A DNA stretch of 64,000 nt from Raillietiella orientalis (taxonomy: Eukaryota). Positions 22,069 through 34,330 of the stretch are shown one piece after another. A program made the position numbers and the translations under genes. Numbering within the stretch: position 1 is the first letter of the stretch; every line of letters starts with the position of its first letter. The notes beneath the pieces are model-generated. The model made no database searches and was not told where the DNA came from. It saw nothing but the letters and a program-made list of their open reading frames with translations. The DNA is taken from the NCBI GenBank assembly GCA_036172245.1, contig JAYWIR010000001.1, forward strand, positions 8,928,001 through 8,992,000. The letters run 5' to 3'.

Positions 22069-24348
22069 TCATGGCGAAAGTTCCTCGGTGTCCCTCCCCC
22101 CTGCCGCTCGCGTCCCGCGGGACGCTCCTGCCGTGGTCATCGGTGGATGCAGCCCCTGGCGCCGGCGGATGGAGCCAAAGACCTCAGCGACGCGCGGTCG
22201 GGGTCGTCTGCGGAAGCGGCGAGGGCGCCACCAGGCCTTGAAGGTGCCGCTCCGGAGCGCCGGGATCCGCAGCACGGACTCCACCTCCAGGCGCCTTCCT
22301 AGCACGGCGACGGTGCACGTGCTCTCCACCGCTGCCGAAGCGGCAGCACTACTGTCGTCGTCGCTGCTCCCGTCGGACGAGGAGGGCGGTGGCCCCTCCT
22401 GCTGTGGGCGTCGGCCCTCCCGCAGTCTCCTCGGGGGGTCTCCGGGCGTGCCTCCGGGCCAGGTTGCGGGCCGGCGGCCGAGGGAGGCGTCCCCGGGCGC
22501 CGCCATCCAAGCAGCCGGGCCCTCCTCCTCCCGTTCTTCGGCCCCCAGGGTGCTTCCGCTGTCGCGAGCTCCCCCGAGGGGACTCCTGCGGGAGGCGGGG
22601 AGGGAGTCTCGCTGCTCCTCCCCTGCAGCGGACGGCGGGCGGCCAGAGTCCGGGTGCAGCACCAGCGCCTCGTAGGCGTCGCAGCGGAACTCCACGGGGG
22701 CCGGCAGGATCAGGCGAGCCCCCCTTCGCCCGGCTCCGATCCGAAGGGACACGTGCACCCGCTGCCGCTCCTCCTCCTCCTTTTCCTCCCCCGTTGCCAA
22801 GGTGGCGGTGGCCGCAGGCGGTCGCTCCTCCTCCCCTGCGGCGGAGGGCGGGCGGCCTGAGTCCGAGTGCAGTGCCAGCGCCTCGTAGGTGGCGCAGCGG
22901 AACTCTGCGGGGTCGGGCGGGCTCCCAGCAGCTTCCTGCAGGTCCGAGCCGATCCTCGGGGATGCTCGCCGCCTCCCTTCTCCCTGAGGACGATCTCCCT
23001 CCGGGACTCCTCGATCGCTCCCCGTCCCCTCCGGGCTGTCCCGGGAAGTCCCCGAGAGGTCCTCAGGATGCGAGTTGCCGCTCCCGTCAAGAGTGGCGGC
23101 GGCGCTCCCCGGAGTCCTCCGTGGTCGCTCCTCCTCCTCCTCCCCTTCCTCGCTGGACGGCGGGAGAAGGGGGCCGGCACAGATGGAGCCACCCCCCTCG
23201 AAGCTCTCCGAGGATCCTTCCACGCACACGTGGTAGTGAACGTCCCTTTCGTCCGCGAATCCTCCGGTGTCGTCCTCAGCGTCGGATTCGGCGATGCGGT
23301 AGAGGTGGTGGCGGCAGGCCCAGGGGCAGGGAGGGGGGGGTGAGGTCCCTTCTCCTCCCTCGTCCTCGCCACCGTCGTTGTCGTTGTCGGCGTCGGCGTC
23401 GCGTCCCGGCACCGCGGCGGCCCTTCGGCCCTCCTCCGCACCGAGGACCAGGAGGTCCGCGGCTTCCGGCGGGACCTCTCCCTTCACGGCCCCACTCAGA
23501 GCAGGATCGCTTCCCGGAACTTCCTCCAGCGAGCTTTTTCGGCTGCCCTTTCCGGGGGTATCGCCCCTCGAGGGCCAGTCCGACTCGGAAAAGGGGGGAG
23601 GCGGCCCACCGCCCCCGTCCTCCTGTTCCTCCTCGACAGGAAGGCCCCCGGAAACTCCCCCGTCCTCCGGGAGACAGTGGGGGTCTTCGGACTCTTCTGC
23701 GGTGGACCCGGGCGGCTCCTGGTCGCCGGTCCCCGTCTCCGGGGCGCTCGTGGGTCGGCAGCCCTCGGGGTTCCCCACTCCCTCTGGGAGCCTGGGGCTC
23801 TCCGGAGGGGCCCGGAGTTCCTGTCCCGGAGCGAGGCCCCGGAAGCTCCCCGGGTCATCCCTGAGGCCGCTCCCGTCCGCAATCTCTCCCGCAAGCTCCC
23901 CCTGGGCCGGCCCTTCGTGACTCTCGGACGCAGCAGGACGTTCTTCCTGCTCCACGGGAGTGTCCCTGGAGCTTTCTGTCCTCGTGGCCGGCCCTTCGGG
24001 TCCTCTTTCCTCAACCGTCGCGGGTCCCTTCTGGTGCTCGCCCGTGGAGACAGGGCACTCCCATGTTTCAGAAGGTTCGTCGCCCTCGGCCATCCTCAGA
24101 CACTCGCCGACCTGGAGCTCCAGGAACCTCAGCAGGCCCTCGGGGGCGTCCTCTGGCCCTTCGGCATGCGGCTGGCTGGGGAGCGACCCGGCGTCCTCCG
24201 GAGGGCTCGCGGCCGGGGTCTCTGCAACAGATCGCGGGCGGTGCCGGAAGAAGGAGAAAGTACGAACGGAGGGTTCGGGCTTCCTGCGGTCCGCAATCCC
24301 CTTAGGGAGGTCGCCCCATGGACTCGGTCCTGTTCGCCCAGGCGGCAT
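22069..24348 (-). CDS. Long Glu/Gly/Pro/Ser-rich low-complexity ORF, possibly a large exon of the RIIa-domain gene
   Basis: 759-codon open frame, acidic, with internal repeat EFRC..YEAL.LH.DSGRPPSAAGEE (22612-22692 and 22825-22906). High GC weakens the ORF-length argument. Confidence 0.45.
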   Translation of the reverse strand: MPPGRTGPSPWGDLPKGIADRRKPEPSVRTFSFFRHRPRSVAETPAASPPEDAGSLPSQPHAEGPEDAPEGLLRFLELQVGECLRMAEGDEPSETWECPVSTGEHQKGPATVEERGPEGPATRTESSRDTPVEQEERPAASESHEGPAQGELAGEIADGSGLRDDPGSFRGLAPGQELRAPPESPRLPEGVGNPEGCRPTSAPETGTGDQEPPGSTAEESEDPHCLPEDGGVSGGLPVEEEQEDGGGGPPPPFSESDWPSRGDTPGKGSRKSSLEEVPGSDPALSGAVKGEVPPEAADLLVLGAEEGRRAAAVPGRDADADNDNDGGEDEGGEGTSPPPPCPWACRHHLYRIAESDAEDDTGGFADERDVHYHVCVEGSSESFEGGGSICAGPLLPPSSEEGEEEEERPRRTPGSAAATLDGSGNSHPEDLSGTSRDSPEGTGSDRGVPEGDRPQGEGRRRASPRIGSDLQEAAGSPPDPAEFRCATYEALALHSDSGRPPSAAGEEERPPAATATLATGEEKEEEERQRVHVSLRIGAGRRGARLILPAPVEFRCDAYEALVLHPDSGRPPSAAGEEQRDSLPASRRSPLGGARDSGSTLGAEEREEEGPAAWMAAPGDASLGRRPATWPGGTPGDPPRRLREGRRPQQEGPPPSSSDGSSDDDSSAAASAAVESTCTVAVLGRRLEVESVLRIPALRSGTFKAWWRPRRFRRRPRPRVAEVFGSIRRRQGLHPPMTTAGASRGTRAAGGRDTEELSP

Positions 24349-24631
24349 CTGGCAGAGAGCGCGTCAACTCGGATGAAGGCGCAGCCCCGGGCGGCTTGCG
24401 AGAGCCAGGGAGGCCCCCCAGGGGGTTCCAAGGCGGCGGCTGGCACGGGGCTGTCGTTGGGAAGGCATCCCGCGGATGATCTCTGGACCGCGGGCCGGAG
24501 GGGGAGGGAGGGCGGGCGAGGGGTGGCGCCGGAAAATGCGGGCGAGTCCCGGGGCTGGGGAAGGAGGCCCACGCCGGGGGTGGAGTCCACGAGGAGGGAG
24601 GAGTCCGGGTGCGGCGCCGCCGCCACACCCG

Positions 24632-24765
24632 ACTTCCGCCGCCGCAGGGGAAGAGGAGCGCCCGCCTGCCGCTGCCGTCGCCTTGGCAACAGGGGAGAGG
24701 GGAAGGAGGAGGAGAAGGAAGAGGAGAGGCTGCGCGTGTCCCTGAGTCTGGGCGAAAGGGGGCCG
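24632..24765 (+). repeat. Inverted copy of 22717-22850
   Basis: Plus-strand SAAAGEEERPPAAAVALATGE...RVSL matches minus-strand SAAGEEERPPAATATLATGE...HVSL at nucleotide level. Confidence 0.75.
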
Positions 24766-25168
24766 CCCCCTCCTGTTCCTGCTGTGAGTGGTCAGCAGGC
24801 AGGAAGGAGGGGGATCCCAGAGCGGCGCGCGTCCCTTCCTGGAGGCGCCCCGGCTCCGAGCTGGCACCATGAGGATGGACGTCCGCGGCTCCAAGCGGAC
24901 CGTTTCCACCTGACCTCGCGCGTCCTGACCCCTCCTTGTGCGTGCCGCTGCTGCATCCCCACCGCCGGGGCGAACCGGGGAAGGAAAGGATCCCCGGGTC
25001 GCCCTCGCGCTCCTCCCGTGAAGCAGCAGCCTCTATCGCCGCGTTCCCCGAGAGTCTCAAAGCCGGCGCTCTTTCCCTCGTGCAGGGGGGGGAGGGGGAG
25101 GGGTCCGCTCGCGAGTTCCTCTTCCACTCCCGCCCCCGTCCCCCGTCGGGGTCACCGGAGCTCCTCAC

Positions 25169-25379
25169 CTGGTCCTCGCCCGCCGTTGCGGCGGCAGATC
25201 TTCTTGTCGAAGTGCTCGGCCGCAAACGCGTAGATGTCGTCGGGCCTCGATTTCAGGACGTCCTTGGTCAGGTCCTTCAGCGCTTCGCTCAGCCCTGTGG
25301 GCACCTTCACGAAGGGGTAGAGCGGCGAAGAGAGGAGCAAGGCGGCGATCTCCGCCCTGGCGACGTCCAGCAGCTTCAT
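25169..25379 (-). CDS. Exon encoding an RIIa dimerisation/docking domain (Sp17/ropporin/PKA-RII-like)
   Basis: ATG at 25379; VKVPTGLSEALKDLTKDVLKSRPDDIYAFAAEHF fits the RIIa consensus (P.GL.ELL......VL...P.D...FAA.YF); followed by a G|GTGAGG donor. Confidence 0.75.
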
Positions 25380-28300
25380 CGTCTCCGGAGGGATCTCCTG
25401 AAGGGGAGCAGAGGGAATTCGCTTCCCCCGTGGTCCTTCGTCCTCCTCGTCCAAGGAGGCAAACCCGAGGGAGCAGCGGCCACGGGAAAGGGGGGGGGGA
25501 GAGTTTGGATCCTCTGTCTCGCGTCGAGCACACGGGGTCAAGGTCGAGGTCGTGCACGCGGCACGGCTACCCCCTTCTGCACGAGCGCGACGCCCGGAGG
25601 GTTCAGGCGCGATCCGTTCCTCAGCAGAGGGTCCCGGAAGCTCCGAGAGCTGCTGCCTCTCAGGGCACCGCCCTCGAAGCCGCCGAAGGCCACCTCGTCG
25701 ACAGCGAAAGAGAAGAAACCGTTCGAAGATGTCCCCTTCTCTCGCCGGGCCGAAGCGCATGCGAGCGAGCGTGGGCGGGTTGACCCCAGCCACTTCCGAC
25801 CGCACCTCGAAAAGTCTCGGCCCGCCGGTGGTCCGTGGCCTTCCCGGGTCTCCTCGACTAGGAGCGTATCTCAGTCCGGGACAAGTGGCGCTTCCTCGAA
25901 GGGTCCCACGGAAGAATCGGCAGTCCCTACGAACCCAGGAAGGTCGGAAGAGAGGGGGGAGGGACAGCGTCAATGAGCGCGTGCGCGCGCGCGCAGATTA
26001 TCCCATTCCGTGCGCCTGTGTGTGCGGCGTGCCAGCGCGAGGGAGCGGCCACTAGCCGGTGGAGAGAACCGCAGTCTCTGCGGGCGGATGGACACGCCGC
26101 GCGCGCGGGACCTCCCGAGTTGGGAGAGGAAGTCAGGCGACCTGACTCCCGTCGTCCTTCGTCTGCTTTCCGCAGAGCAGTGCAGGTCGCTGGCCTCCAG
26201 TACGGTCCCCCGAGCTTCACAGGGTTAACCCGCTAGCTGCCTCCCGCTCTCCTCCGCCTTCCTTTCTCGGCGCGCGCGCTTCGAGCGTGCTGCTGGAGCG
26301 CGGTGCTCAGGGTCGTCTCCGTTCCTGCGTCAGCGGGAAGCGCGCCCCTCCGACACCAGAAGAAGGGGGAGGCCCCATGTTTCCCGCACGCCCTCCTTCG
26401 CAGACGAAACCAGAACGGCTGAGGGAGGAAGGCTGAGAGGCTGTCTCGAGGCTGTGAGGAGCCCACGGAGTCGCGCAGGGGGTGCGACGGCTGGTGGTTG
26501 CTCGCTCTTCGTGCCGCGTCTCCGGAAGCGGCTCTCCCGCTATCCAGGGGTGTGGAAAGCACGCCGCAGTCGCGTGTGGCACGAGCGTTCAAGCCTGCGC
26601 GCTCCCTCCCTCCTCGCCTTTCGCTCCAGAGAATTTCGCGTCGCTTACAACGCGAAACCCGAGTAGGTACGACGAAAGCCAAGGAAGAAGAGGAAGAAAC
26701 AAACAGAGAAGCGCACACACGCTCCGAAAAAAAAAAAAAAAAAGATCGAAAGCTCCGAAATGAAAGAAGAAGGTCGAGCGAGCGAATCCCTCGTGCGGCC
26801 CTCGCTCATCGCGGAGAATTTTCGCGTGTTCCCTAGCCGAACGGAAGGTCCGAACGCTGCTGTAGAGATCCAGCCGAGCGCCGGCTCGTGGGAGTCCCAC
26901 GCGGGATCGCAAAAGGAGGAAGAAAAGCTAAAAATAAAAAATCCAGAGGATGCCCTGCGATCGAATCAGAAACAGCTACGATACTAACCGGATTCAGACC
27001 AAACATGTGTCATGCCAGTTTATTGACAAGTGTTTTTTTTTTCTCTTCCTTTTCTCCCTCCACGGAAATAGACGGGCACGAAATTGAAATAGCGATCGTA
27101 AAAAAACGTTTCCAACGTACCATCTACGCGCGAAGACGCCGTTCACGAATGTTTTCGCCGCGGCGCGCAGCAACAATGCGATCCATCCCCGGGCGCGCGT
27201 TGCGCCATGACAGCGCGTTTCAAAGATGGCGGCGGGTGGTGTTCGTCACCAAGGACGTCGGTGTTGTGCCATGTTGTGTTTCATTACGACGAAAAGCACA
27301 TGAAGGCAAAAAAAAAAAAAAAAAGAGGAAAAGAAAAAAAACTTTGCACGAAAATTCAAAGTCCCGGATGCAAACACAAGTTGCCTACCGTAAAACACAC
27401 GAAAGTTGCAAGTCCCCGCTTTCGTAAATGTCTCTCGCCGAGCCGGCTGATATTTCTGAGTTTCTGAAATCCCCTGTGGTTGTTGTGCTTGCATTTACGT
27501 CATGCACGCTCCGAATTATACAAGCTTACCTTAATTGCAAGGAATTGTCTGTGTATGTTACCTCCGGGAATGCCTTGCTAAATAGAAGTTTCAGTGTTAT
27601 CTTTTGAATGACGATATCAATCAAAAGTCAGCTTTGGCGTAATGGACACCCATTCCAGCGTCTGCAATTGCAGTTCGTGCGTATTGATTAAACGTATCCC
27701 GTGACGTACAAAGTATCCTATTTTAAAGAAAGAGGGACGAGAAGAAAACTCTGCTTCCGCGAATTTGAAGGGCGGGTCAGCCAGCTTGTTCGAATCGTCT
27801 CTTTGCGTCCTGGATGCCCTCTCCTCCTCTTGGAAGACTTGCATGGAAGGCTGCAAGTAACGCAGCTTCCTGCACACATCTCGCGACAAAATTACATGAC
27901 GAGCCTCCTCTTGCACACACATAAGTGACTTTTGTCGTAATGTCAGCTGCTGCATCTCTAAATCCGAGTTTGGTGTGTGTCCTCATAAAGAAGGAGGTCC
28001 GACTCCACCTCGTCAGAGTGCTAAAGAAGGCAAATTTGAAGGCGTTTCCGATCTGAGTGGGTATGCGTTCGCATTTGTTCTATTGCGATTTCTTCCCAAC
28101 ACTTTACTTGCAAGAGGAGATGAAAAATTTGCGCAAACGGTTTTTTCCAGTCATTGCCAATTTAGCTGAAATTGCCAATTGTGGATTTTTTTTTTTTTGT
28201 TGTTCCTGCTCCTTGTTGAGGCCAATCCGCATGCAGTGCACCACATGGAACCACATCCTCAAATAATTTGCTAGTGGAAATGAGCGTGCGCCCCTCCTGT

Positions 28301-31300
28301 AGGTCTCAGCATTCACAAAACACAGGAGCACTCTGCTCAAAGACAAATTTTTCGATAGGATCAATCACAGATTTCAGCCGAATCAGATGAAGCATCCGGG
28401 TAAGGACGGGCTCAAAATCGAAGCATAATTTCGCGTTGCTAGCCGAAACAACAAGGACAGGCGGAAATTCTGTTGGTTTTCCCATGGTCCTACTACATGG
28501 CTCTATAGAACTATAGAACTTGGTTCATGAGGGCCCACTTGAATCAGATTTTGCGGTTCATACGAGCCTGCTGCACTCTCTGCTCCTCTCTCGTTTTCTT
28601 CGGGGTTTTCCCAGTCAGAAGATGTTAACCTTGAGGTAGTATGTGTGCGTACGATCCGCATGTTTGCTCAACATTTTTGCCCGGGCAAGCAGCCTCGTTC
28701 CTCGGTAAAGGAAGAGAGCGGCGCAGACTCGCATCAGCTGAAGGGAGCGAGGCCAGCATTTTTGGCAGCCACGCTGCCGTCCAAGGGGTAGGCAACCACC
28801 ACCTACGCGCTTGGTGGGGGGGCAGGGGGGTCCAAAGATCGCACCCGAGCACCAAGCAGAGAGCTTTTGCTGTTTACTTCGCACGTCTCACCTCATTTTT
28901 CTTGAACGTCTCGACGGGCGTGCACGTCTGTGTGCAGGTACGGGGGGAGAGGGGTCTTTTCGTGTTTCCCGGCTGCAAAGGACAGATCGTGTGCTCACCT
29001 TCGCCTCTTTCCCACTGTCTGAAAAAGGAAGAAAACGGGGGAGGGACAAGAGAGGGGAAAAAAAAAAAAAAGAGAGAAAAAAAAGGGAAGAAAATCACGA
29101 GGTTTCCTCGCCCACTTGCGAGTTCTGCCAGCAGCAGGACTGCCCTTGCCGCTCTTGGAGCGGAGTTCGGACCGAGAAGCCCAGCGAACGGTCCAGAGAG
29201 ACCCTCCTGCACGGCGCGTGCTCGCGGCCGAGCCAGCGGACATAAGTCTGCCTATCGGGGCGGCGGCACACCAACGAGCATGCAGTGGAGGGAGGCGGGG
29301 GGCAAAGAGAGGGACGCGGAAGAACAAACTTTGGTCTGTAGCTGCATCTCGCCGAAAGGTTCCGCCTGCGGAACACACGATCCGGACCCGCCGGCGACGT
29401 CGTGCGAGCCCGGGCTACTGAGCACGCGCGCGCGGATGGAGTGGAGAATCGTCGAGCAAGCGGTGCCCGTCTCCAGGCGGGAAGCGCGCACTCCAAACCC
29501 CCTTCCCCCTCCTTCCCTCCGTTCCTGACCGTTCGGGGCGCGTCCAAGTGCACCCCAAGAGCCGGGTTGCACTTGGTTCCTTTCCAAGTGCACCTCGGCT
29601 CTCTTTCGGAGTGCAGCGCGAGCGACGTGCGTCCATTGCAGAAGAGCGACCCGGCGGCGGCGGCACGAGTTTCCGCTGTCACGTCGGCCGCCTCCCCGAT
29701 TTGTTACCGGTCGCGCGGGTGGGAAAAGACTCTTTGCGAACGGCAGGCAGTTCGCCGATGGCGCCTGGTGGAACGGGGAGAGAGAAAATGCCTTGCGGAG
29801 GTGGAGGAAGGGTTCACGCTCTTTCTGGCGGATGCAGCTGCATCCTGGCGATCGAGATGAAGAGGGAGGGAAAAAACGGGTTCGTTCGGAACCGGGAGAG
29901 ATTTCCTGGCGACATGGGAATCCGAAGGGCGCCCCCACGTCCTCACTTCCCTGCCAGAACTCAAAGAAGGACCCAAGGGCCTTCGTAGGGTCCCTTTCGC
30001 GTTCTCGTTCCCCCTCCTCCCTCGCCTCTTTTTGTCCCATCCGCCTTTTCCCGGATGGGCTTCCCACCTACGCTCGCGGCGGGCGTGTGCCGCCCGCCCT
30101 CCGGACGTAGCGAGGAGCTGGGGCCGCTCCTCCGGGAGGGGGAGCGGCAAGCAGCTCGGCACTTCCCGGAGGGCGGTTACGAGGAGGCAAAGAGGGGGAG
30201 GGGAGGAGGAGCGGCCACCGGAAGGAAAGAGGGTGCTTCCTGAAAGGGGCGGAGGCGCCCTCTTCCTGTTGCTGGCTCCGCCTCGCCCCTCGGACGTCCC
30301 CGTTGCCGAGGCAACGAGGCAACAAGCACGCGCTGGGTTTGCGGGGGCACGATCGGGAACTCGCGGGCGCCGTACGGAGCTTCCGCTGCGCGCCGTTGCT
30401 TCCGGGAAGGGGCGTGAAGGATGGTGGGTGGGCGCGCGTGGACGTGGAGCCGCTGGGTGGCCCCAGCAGCACTGGGTGGTTGCTGGGGGGGAGGCGTGGC
30501 TCGAGGGAAAGACGACGCGGACCTTTCATCCGGTTCGTGGGTCGTTGCCGTCCATCCCAGCAGCGTGCCTTCCGCTGCGCCTTTCGTCGCTTCGCGAGTG
30601 CGACAACGGAGGGAATGCAGACATGGGGAGGAGGGCGGGGTGCAGTGTCCATACTTGGACTCCTTTGCCCCGGGGCGCACCATATTCTGTGGTCTTCGAG
30701 GTGCCTCAGGGCAAAAGGCGACCTCTCTCGGAAGAAGGAAAGGGCGGCGGCTTTTCGCACAAGGAGGGGGAGGTGCTGCTCACCGGCGAGCCCGCGGCAG
30801 CGGTGCTCAGGGCAGGGGCAGCAGGCATGACCGGTGCAGACTGAGCGACGCTCCCCCGACGGACAACCCAAAATGCATCGCCGAGGGGAAGGGGGAGGAA
30901 GGGGAGGACGGCCTTCGTCCTCAGTGAAAGCGACGTCCTCCCCTGCAAGCGGCGGCGCGTGCGGGCCAAGCCGCCTTCGCCACAGGGCAGCGGACGACGT
31001 TCCCGTCAGGGAAAACCGGAGCGCCGCTGGACCGAGGACGCCCTCGGCGCGACGGCCTTGTACCCATCAGACGGTGAGCCTGCGTCTCCGTGCGCTGCCC
31101 GGATCGCCTCCTCGCTGGGATCCGCCGAAGAAAGGGATTCCGGTTGGTCGCCCGGGTCCTCCCTTGCGTGCGCAGCGCGACGCGAAGCGACGTGTCCCGC
31201 CCTCGTCAGTCCGTCCTGGAGCGATGATTCCTGCATCCCCCTCCCCATTCCTCGCTGCTGCATACAGGCTTCGACCGCTGGATGGTCGCAGTAGACAAGA

Positions 31301-31302
31301 GA

Positions 31303-31700
31303 GTTCGCGTCGACAGCCGTGTGGCTGCGGCCTCCGCGCGCACGGAAACACCAGGCGTCGCGGGTTCGAATTCCGCCCGGGGGAAAGATCGACTCCCGAG
31401 TAATGGGGGGTGCGGCGTGGGTTTCGAGTCCCCCAGCCCGCAGGATGACGCTGGTTGGCCTATTCGGGTGCGGCATTGGTTGACACCCGGTCATACCGGG
31501 ACCACAGACATGTATGTTTATTTTTTTTTATAAATAAAAATACACGTCTGTGGCAGGACGTTTGATCCTGCCATGTTAATCATAACTACGAGGAGGAACC
31601 TGCCGGGATCTGGCACGCAGGCCAGCGGGATCGCCCCGGCAGCACAGGGGAAAGGGAAACAAACAAAAAGAAAAAAAAGTTAAACATAAATAAATAATAC
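31303..31700 (+). mobile_element. tRNA-derived SINE-like element with structured body and A-rich tail
   Basis: A-box-like CAGCCGTGTGG (~31314), T-arm GCGGG-TTCGAAT-TCCGC (31360-31376), several hairpins, A-rich tail ~31650-31700, and a second head copy at 6605-6688. Confidence 0.6.
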
Positions 31701-31739
31701 AGTCAAAAAATGGGGGGAAGTTCGGGAAGGGATCACTGT

Positions 31740-32795
31740 GTGCTGGAGGGTGTCCTCTGCATCCTTGTAAGGATGCCGGCAAATTCCTGTTTCGAGGCTC
31801 CCAGATGGGGCCGTTTTGACGATATCCTCATGAAGAGGACGGCAAAATAGATGGCGTCCCTGTCGTTCTGAAATCCTCTGGAGTTGCTCCATGCAGTCAC
31901 GGTCCCGCCGCGTGAACAGCGCAGTGCTGCTAGGGATGCGGCCGGCGTGAGGACGTCGTGCAGGAACAGGCGCTTCAAAACGTCTCTGGCGTTGCCGTCG
32001 GGAGTTGCAAGGGTCGCGGCAAAGCGTCCCCAAAGGGGCTGGAGGGCAACACAGTCCACTAGGAGGTGCGGGAGGGATTCCCGCTCCCCGAATCTTGCAG
32101 CAGTTCGGGGAGCGGGACCCTCCCCCCCGTGTCGAATGATGCCGGTGGGCGTTGCACAGGAGGTCCCAGTGCGGCAGCATCAACGCCGACCATTGTCACT
32201 TTAAGGGGAGGTTGCGGGTGTTCATGAGCGCCGGGGGTCGCTGCAGGTCTTCCTCCGAAATACCCAATAGCTCCTCCCAGCGCAAAAAGTCGGCACTGGT
32301 GGAACCCGAATGCTCCGGTTGGCTGGCCTGGATTGGAGGTTGACTCTCCAGGGTCCTTCCAGGAATCAAGGAGCTTCTTTGGGGTTTCCCTCCGGTTTGG
32401 AAGTGGGGCCGTCCAGTAGTTCCTGGATGGTGCTGGTGGTATGATGATGACTCTCCAGAGTGTGAAGAAGCGGCTCCCTTCCGGGAGCGGACCCTTCAGA
32501 GAAACTTGGAAGCGTCCCCTTGGGGTCCTCTTCAGAGGAGGAAACAAAGAGCAGCTAACTCCCTCCAGAGAAGAAAGAAATTCCAGGAGCGGATCCTTTC
32601 GGGATTTCCTTCGGAGAAGAAACAAGTGGCCCCTCCGGGGGAGAATCAGGAAGTGGTGGTTCCCTTCGTAGACAACCAGGGAGAGGGTTCTCTTCAGGGT
32701 TCCCCTATCCAAGCGCAAGAGAGGAACGGATCCCCTCCTCCGGAGCCTTTCCTGTATTCCACAGGGTGGTTCCCTCCAGGGGTACTCCCTATCTT
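31740..32795 (-). mobile_element. Composite repeat copy B (L1/Tx1 zf-RVT segment plus opposite-strand ORF remnant)
   Basis: 31856-32300 is closely similar to 8967-9410; similarity continues more loosely to ~32795; appears to retain ~120 nt more ORF2 C-terminus than copy A. Confidence 0.75.
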
Positions 32796-33899
32796 GAAGA
32801 ATTACCCGCACCTGGGGTGGCGTAAAGCAGCGTAAAATAGCTGAGTGAGCCGCCAGGCGAACGGCTCTTCAGTACTTGGCGAACCTGGAAGAAGGGTTTC
32901 CGGGTGCCCTCCCGGCCGAGCTCGAGAGCAGGCGACGGGGTGCCAGACGGCTGGCGCGCGCGCGAGCCGGACGCTAGAGGAAGCTCCCGAAGGATTCAAA
33001 TCGCGCCGCCGCACGCTGCTGCTGCTGGCTGCCTGCGGTCGAGCGGAAGGGAGTGTGGGGGAGGGAGAGAACATCTTCCCGGCCTAGGAGCCGTCCGCAG
33101 CCGCAGAGCTCCCGGATCTCTACGAGCGGTAGTGGTTGTGTACCGCCGCGGCGGATGCAGCCTGCCTTCCCTGAGCTGAACATTCGGGCAGCGCACGAAA
33201 GGCAGGCAGCAACCAAGCACGAAAAAAAAAAGAAAAAACCTCAGCAGCTGCCGCAACCTACCCGTGTCTGTTACACGGGTGTATTTTAACAGCAGCTGCT
33301 GAGATTTTTTTTTTCTTCTTCCTCCTCCTCCTCCTCCTTTCCTGTTCAAGTGCCTGCAGTTGCGGCACATCAGTCCCGTCGAAGAAGCGAGCGTTGGAGG
33401 CTTTCCAAGGGACACACCTCCAGCGAGGCCAGCCAGAGACTGTTGTTGCCGCGCGACCGGCACGCGTGACGGGACGGTGGGCACAAGGCAAGGCAGAGAG
33501 AGATTCGCGGATGGGGGGGGGGGGGGTTGTCGGATTTTTGGAACCCGCGACAGGATTCCAGAGGGTAGACGCGTGGCTTTCGGATGAGCACAACGCGAAG
33601 GTGATGCTTGTTCACGGGAAAAATTGCTGCATTCAAGAGCGACAAGCTCGTGTTGGAGAAGCACACTAAGAAGGAAAAAGAGAGATGCGCTGACATTTCA
33701 TGCGCTTGCAGTTGACGCCAACGCGTCTTCGAAGAGCGCTCGGCACCATGGTTGCATCTGCATTCTTCGGGAGGTGTGCTGCTGCTGCCGATCCCCGTCG
33801 ATGCACGCACGTGACAGGTTTAGCGGCGAGTGATCGCACAAATGCAGGAATGCCAAGTTCAGTCAAAGATCCGAGAGCTCCACCGCATCCATCATCCTT

Positions 33900-34330
33900 C
33901 CGACGATGAAATCAAAAGCAGCGTCGTTGTCGCCCCTACCGCCTTCGGTGGGAACGCAAGCACCGCGCTTCCCTTCGAGGTTCTTTGACGATCGTCAGCA
34001 ATGAGAGATGGCTTCCTTCCGATTTCTACCCGGAAGCCAAGCAGTCTGAAAAATTCCTGATGAACACGTGGGAGGATAGGAGGGAGGGAGGGGGGGAGGT
34101 ATATTTTATTCACGGGAGTCAGTGGGTGACGTGGCAAAACGAAGGAGAAACTGCCGGTTTCATCATCGAAAATCATGAAACATTTTTCGGAAGCCGTCCA
34201 TTCGTTCGACGTCCCGCTCGCTATTCTCACACCTTCGGCACACGCGGGAGATCCAGACGCGGTCCGTGAAGTTCTTCACCGTTCCGAAAGCAAGCGGGAT
34301 CCTGGACTGGGTGAAGTGACCTTGCCCCGA
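33900..34330 (+). pseudogene. Possible pogo/Tc5-like DDE_1 transposase remnant
   Basis: GGNAST..L...LTI, W...GF...MKHF...PLAIL...H...KFFTVPK..GILD loosely follows DDE_1 motif order; frameshifted. Confidence 0.3.

Noticed and set aside
19800-26800. Many long overlapping ORFs (e.g. 491, 518, 346 aa)
   Set aside because: Arg/Pro/Gly-rich frames on both strands are expected from stop-codon scarcity in high-GC DNA; no domains apart from the RIIa exon.
31560-31580. U1 snRNA 5'-like ATTAACATGGCAGG on the minus strand
   Set aside because: Short imperfect match with no further U1 sequence.
31580-31600. HDV-like ribozyme core (CCTCCTCG on the minus strand)
   Set aside because: P3/P1 pairings and the downstream catalytic strand could not be built.
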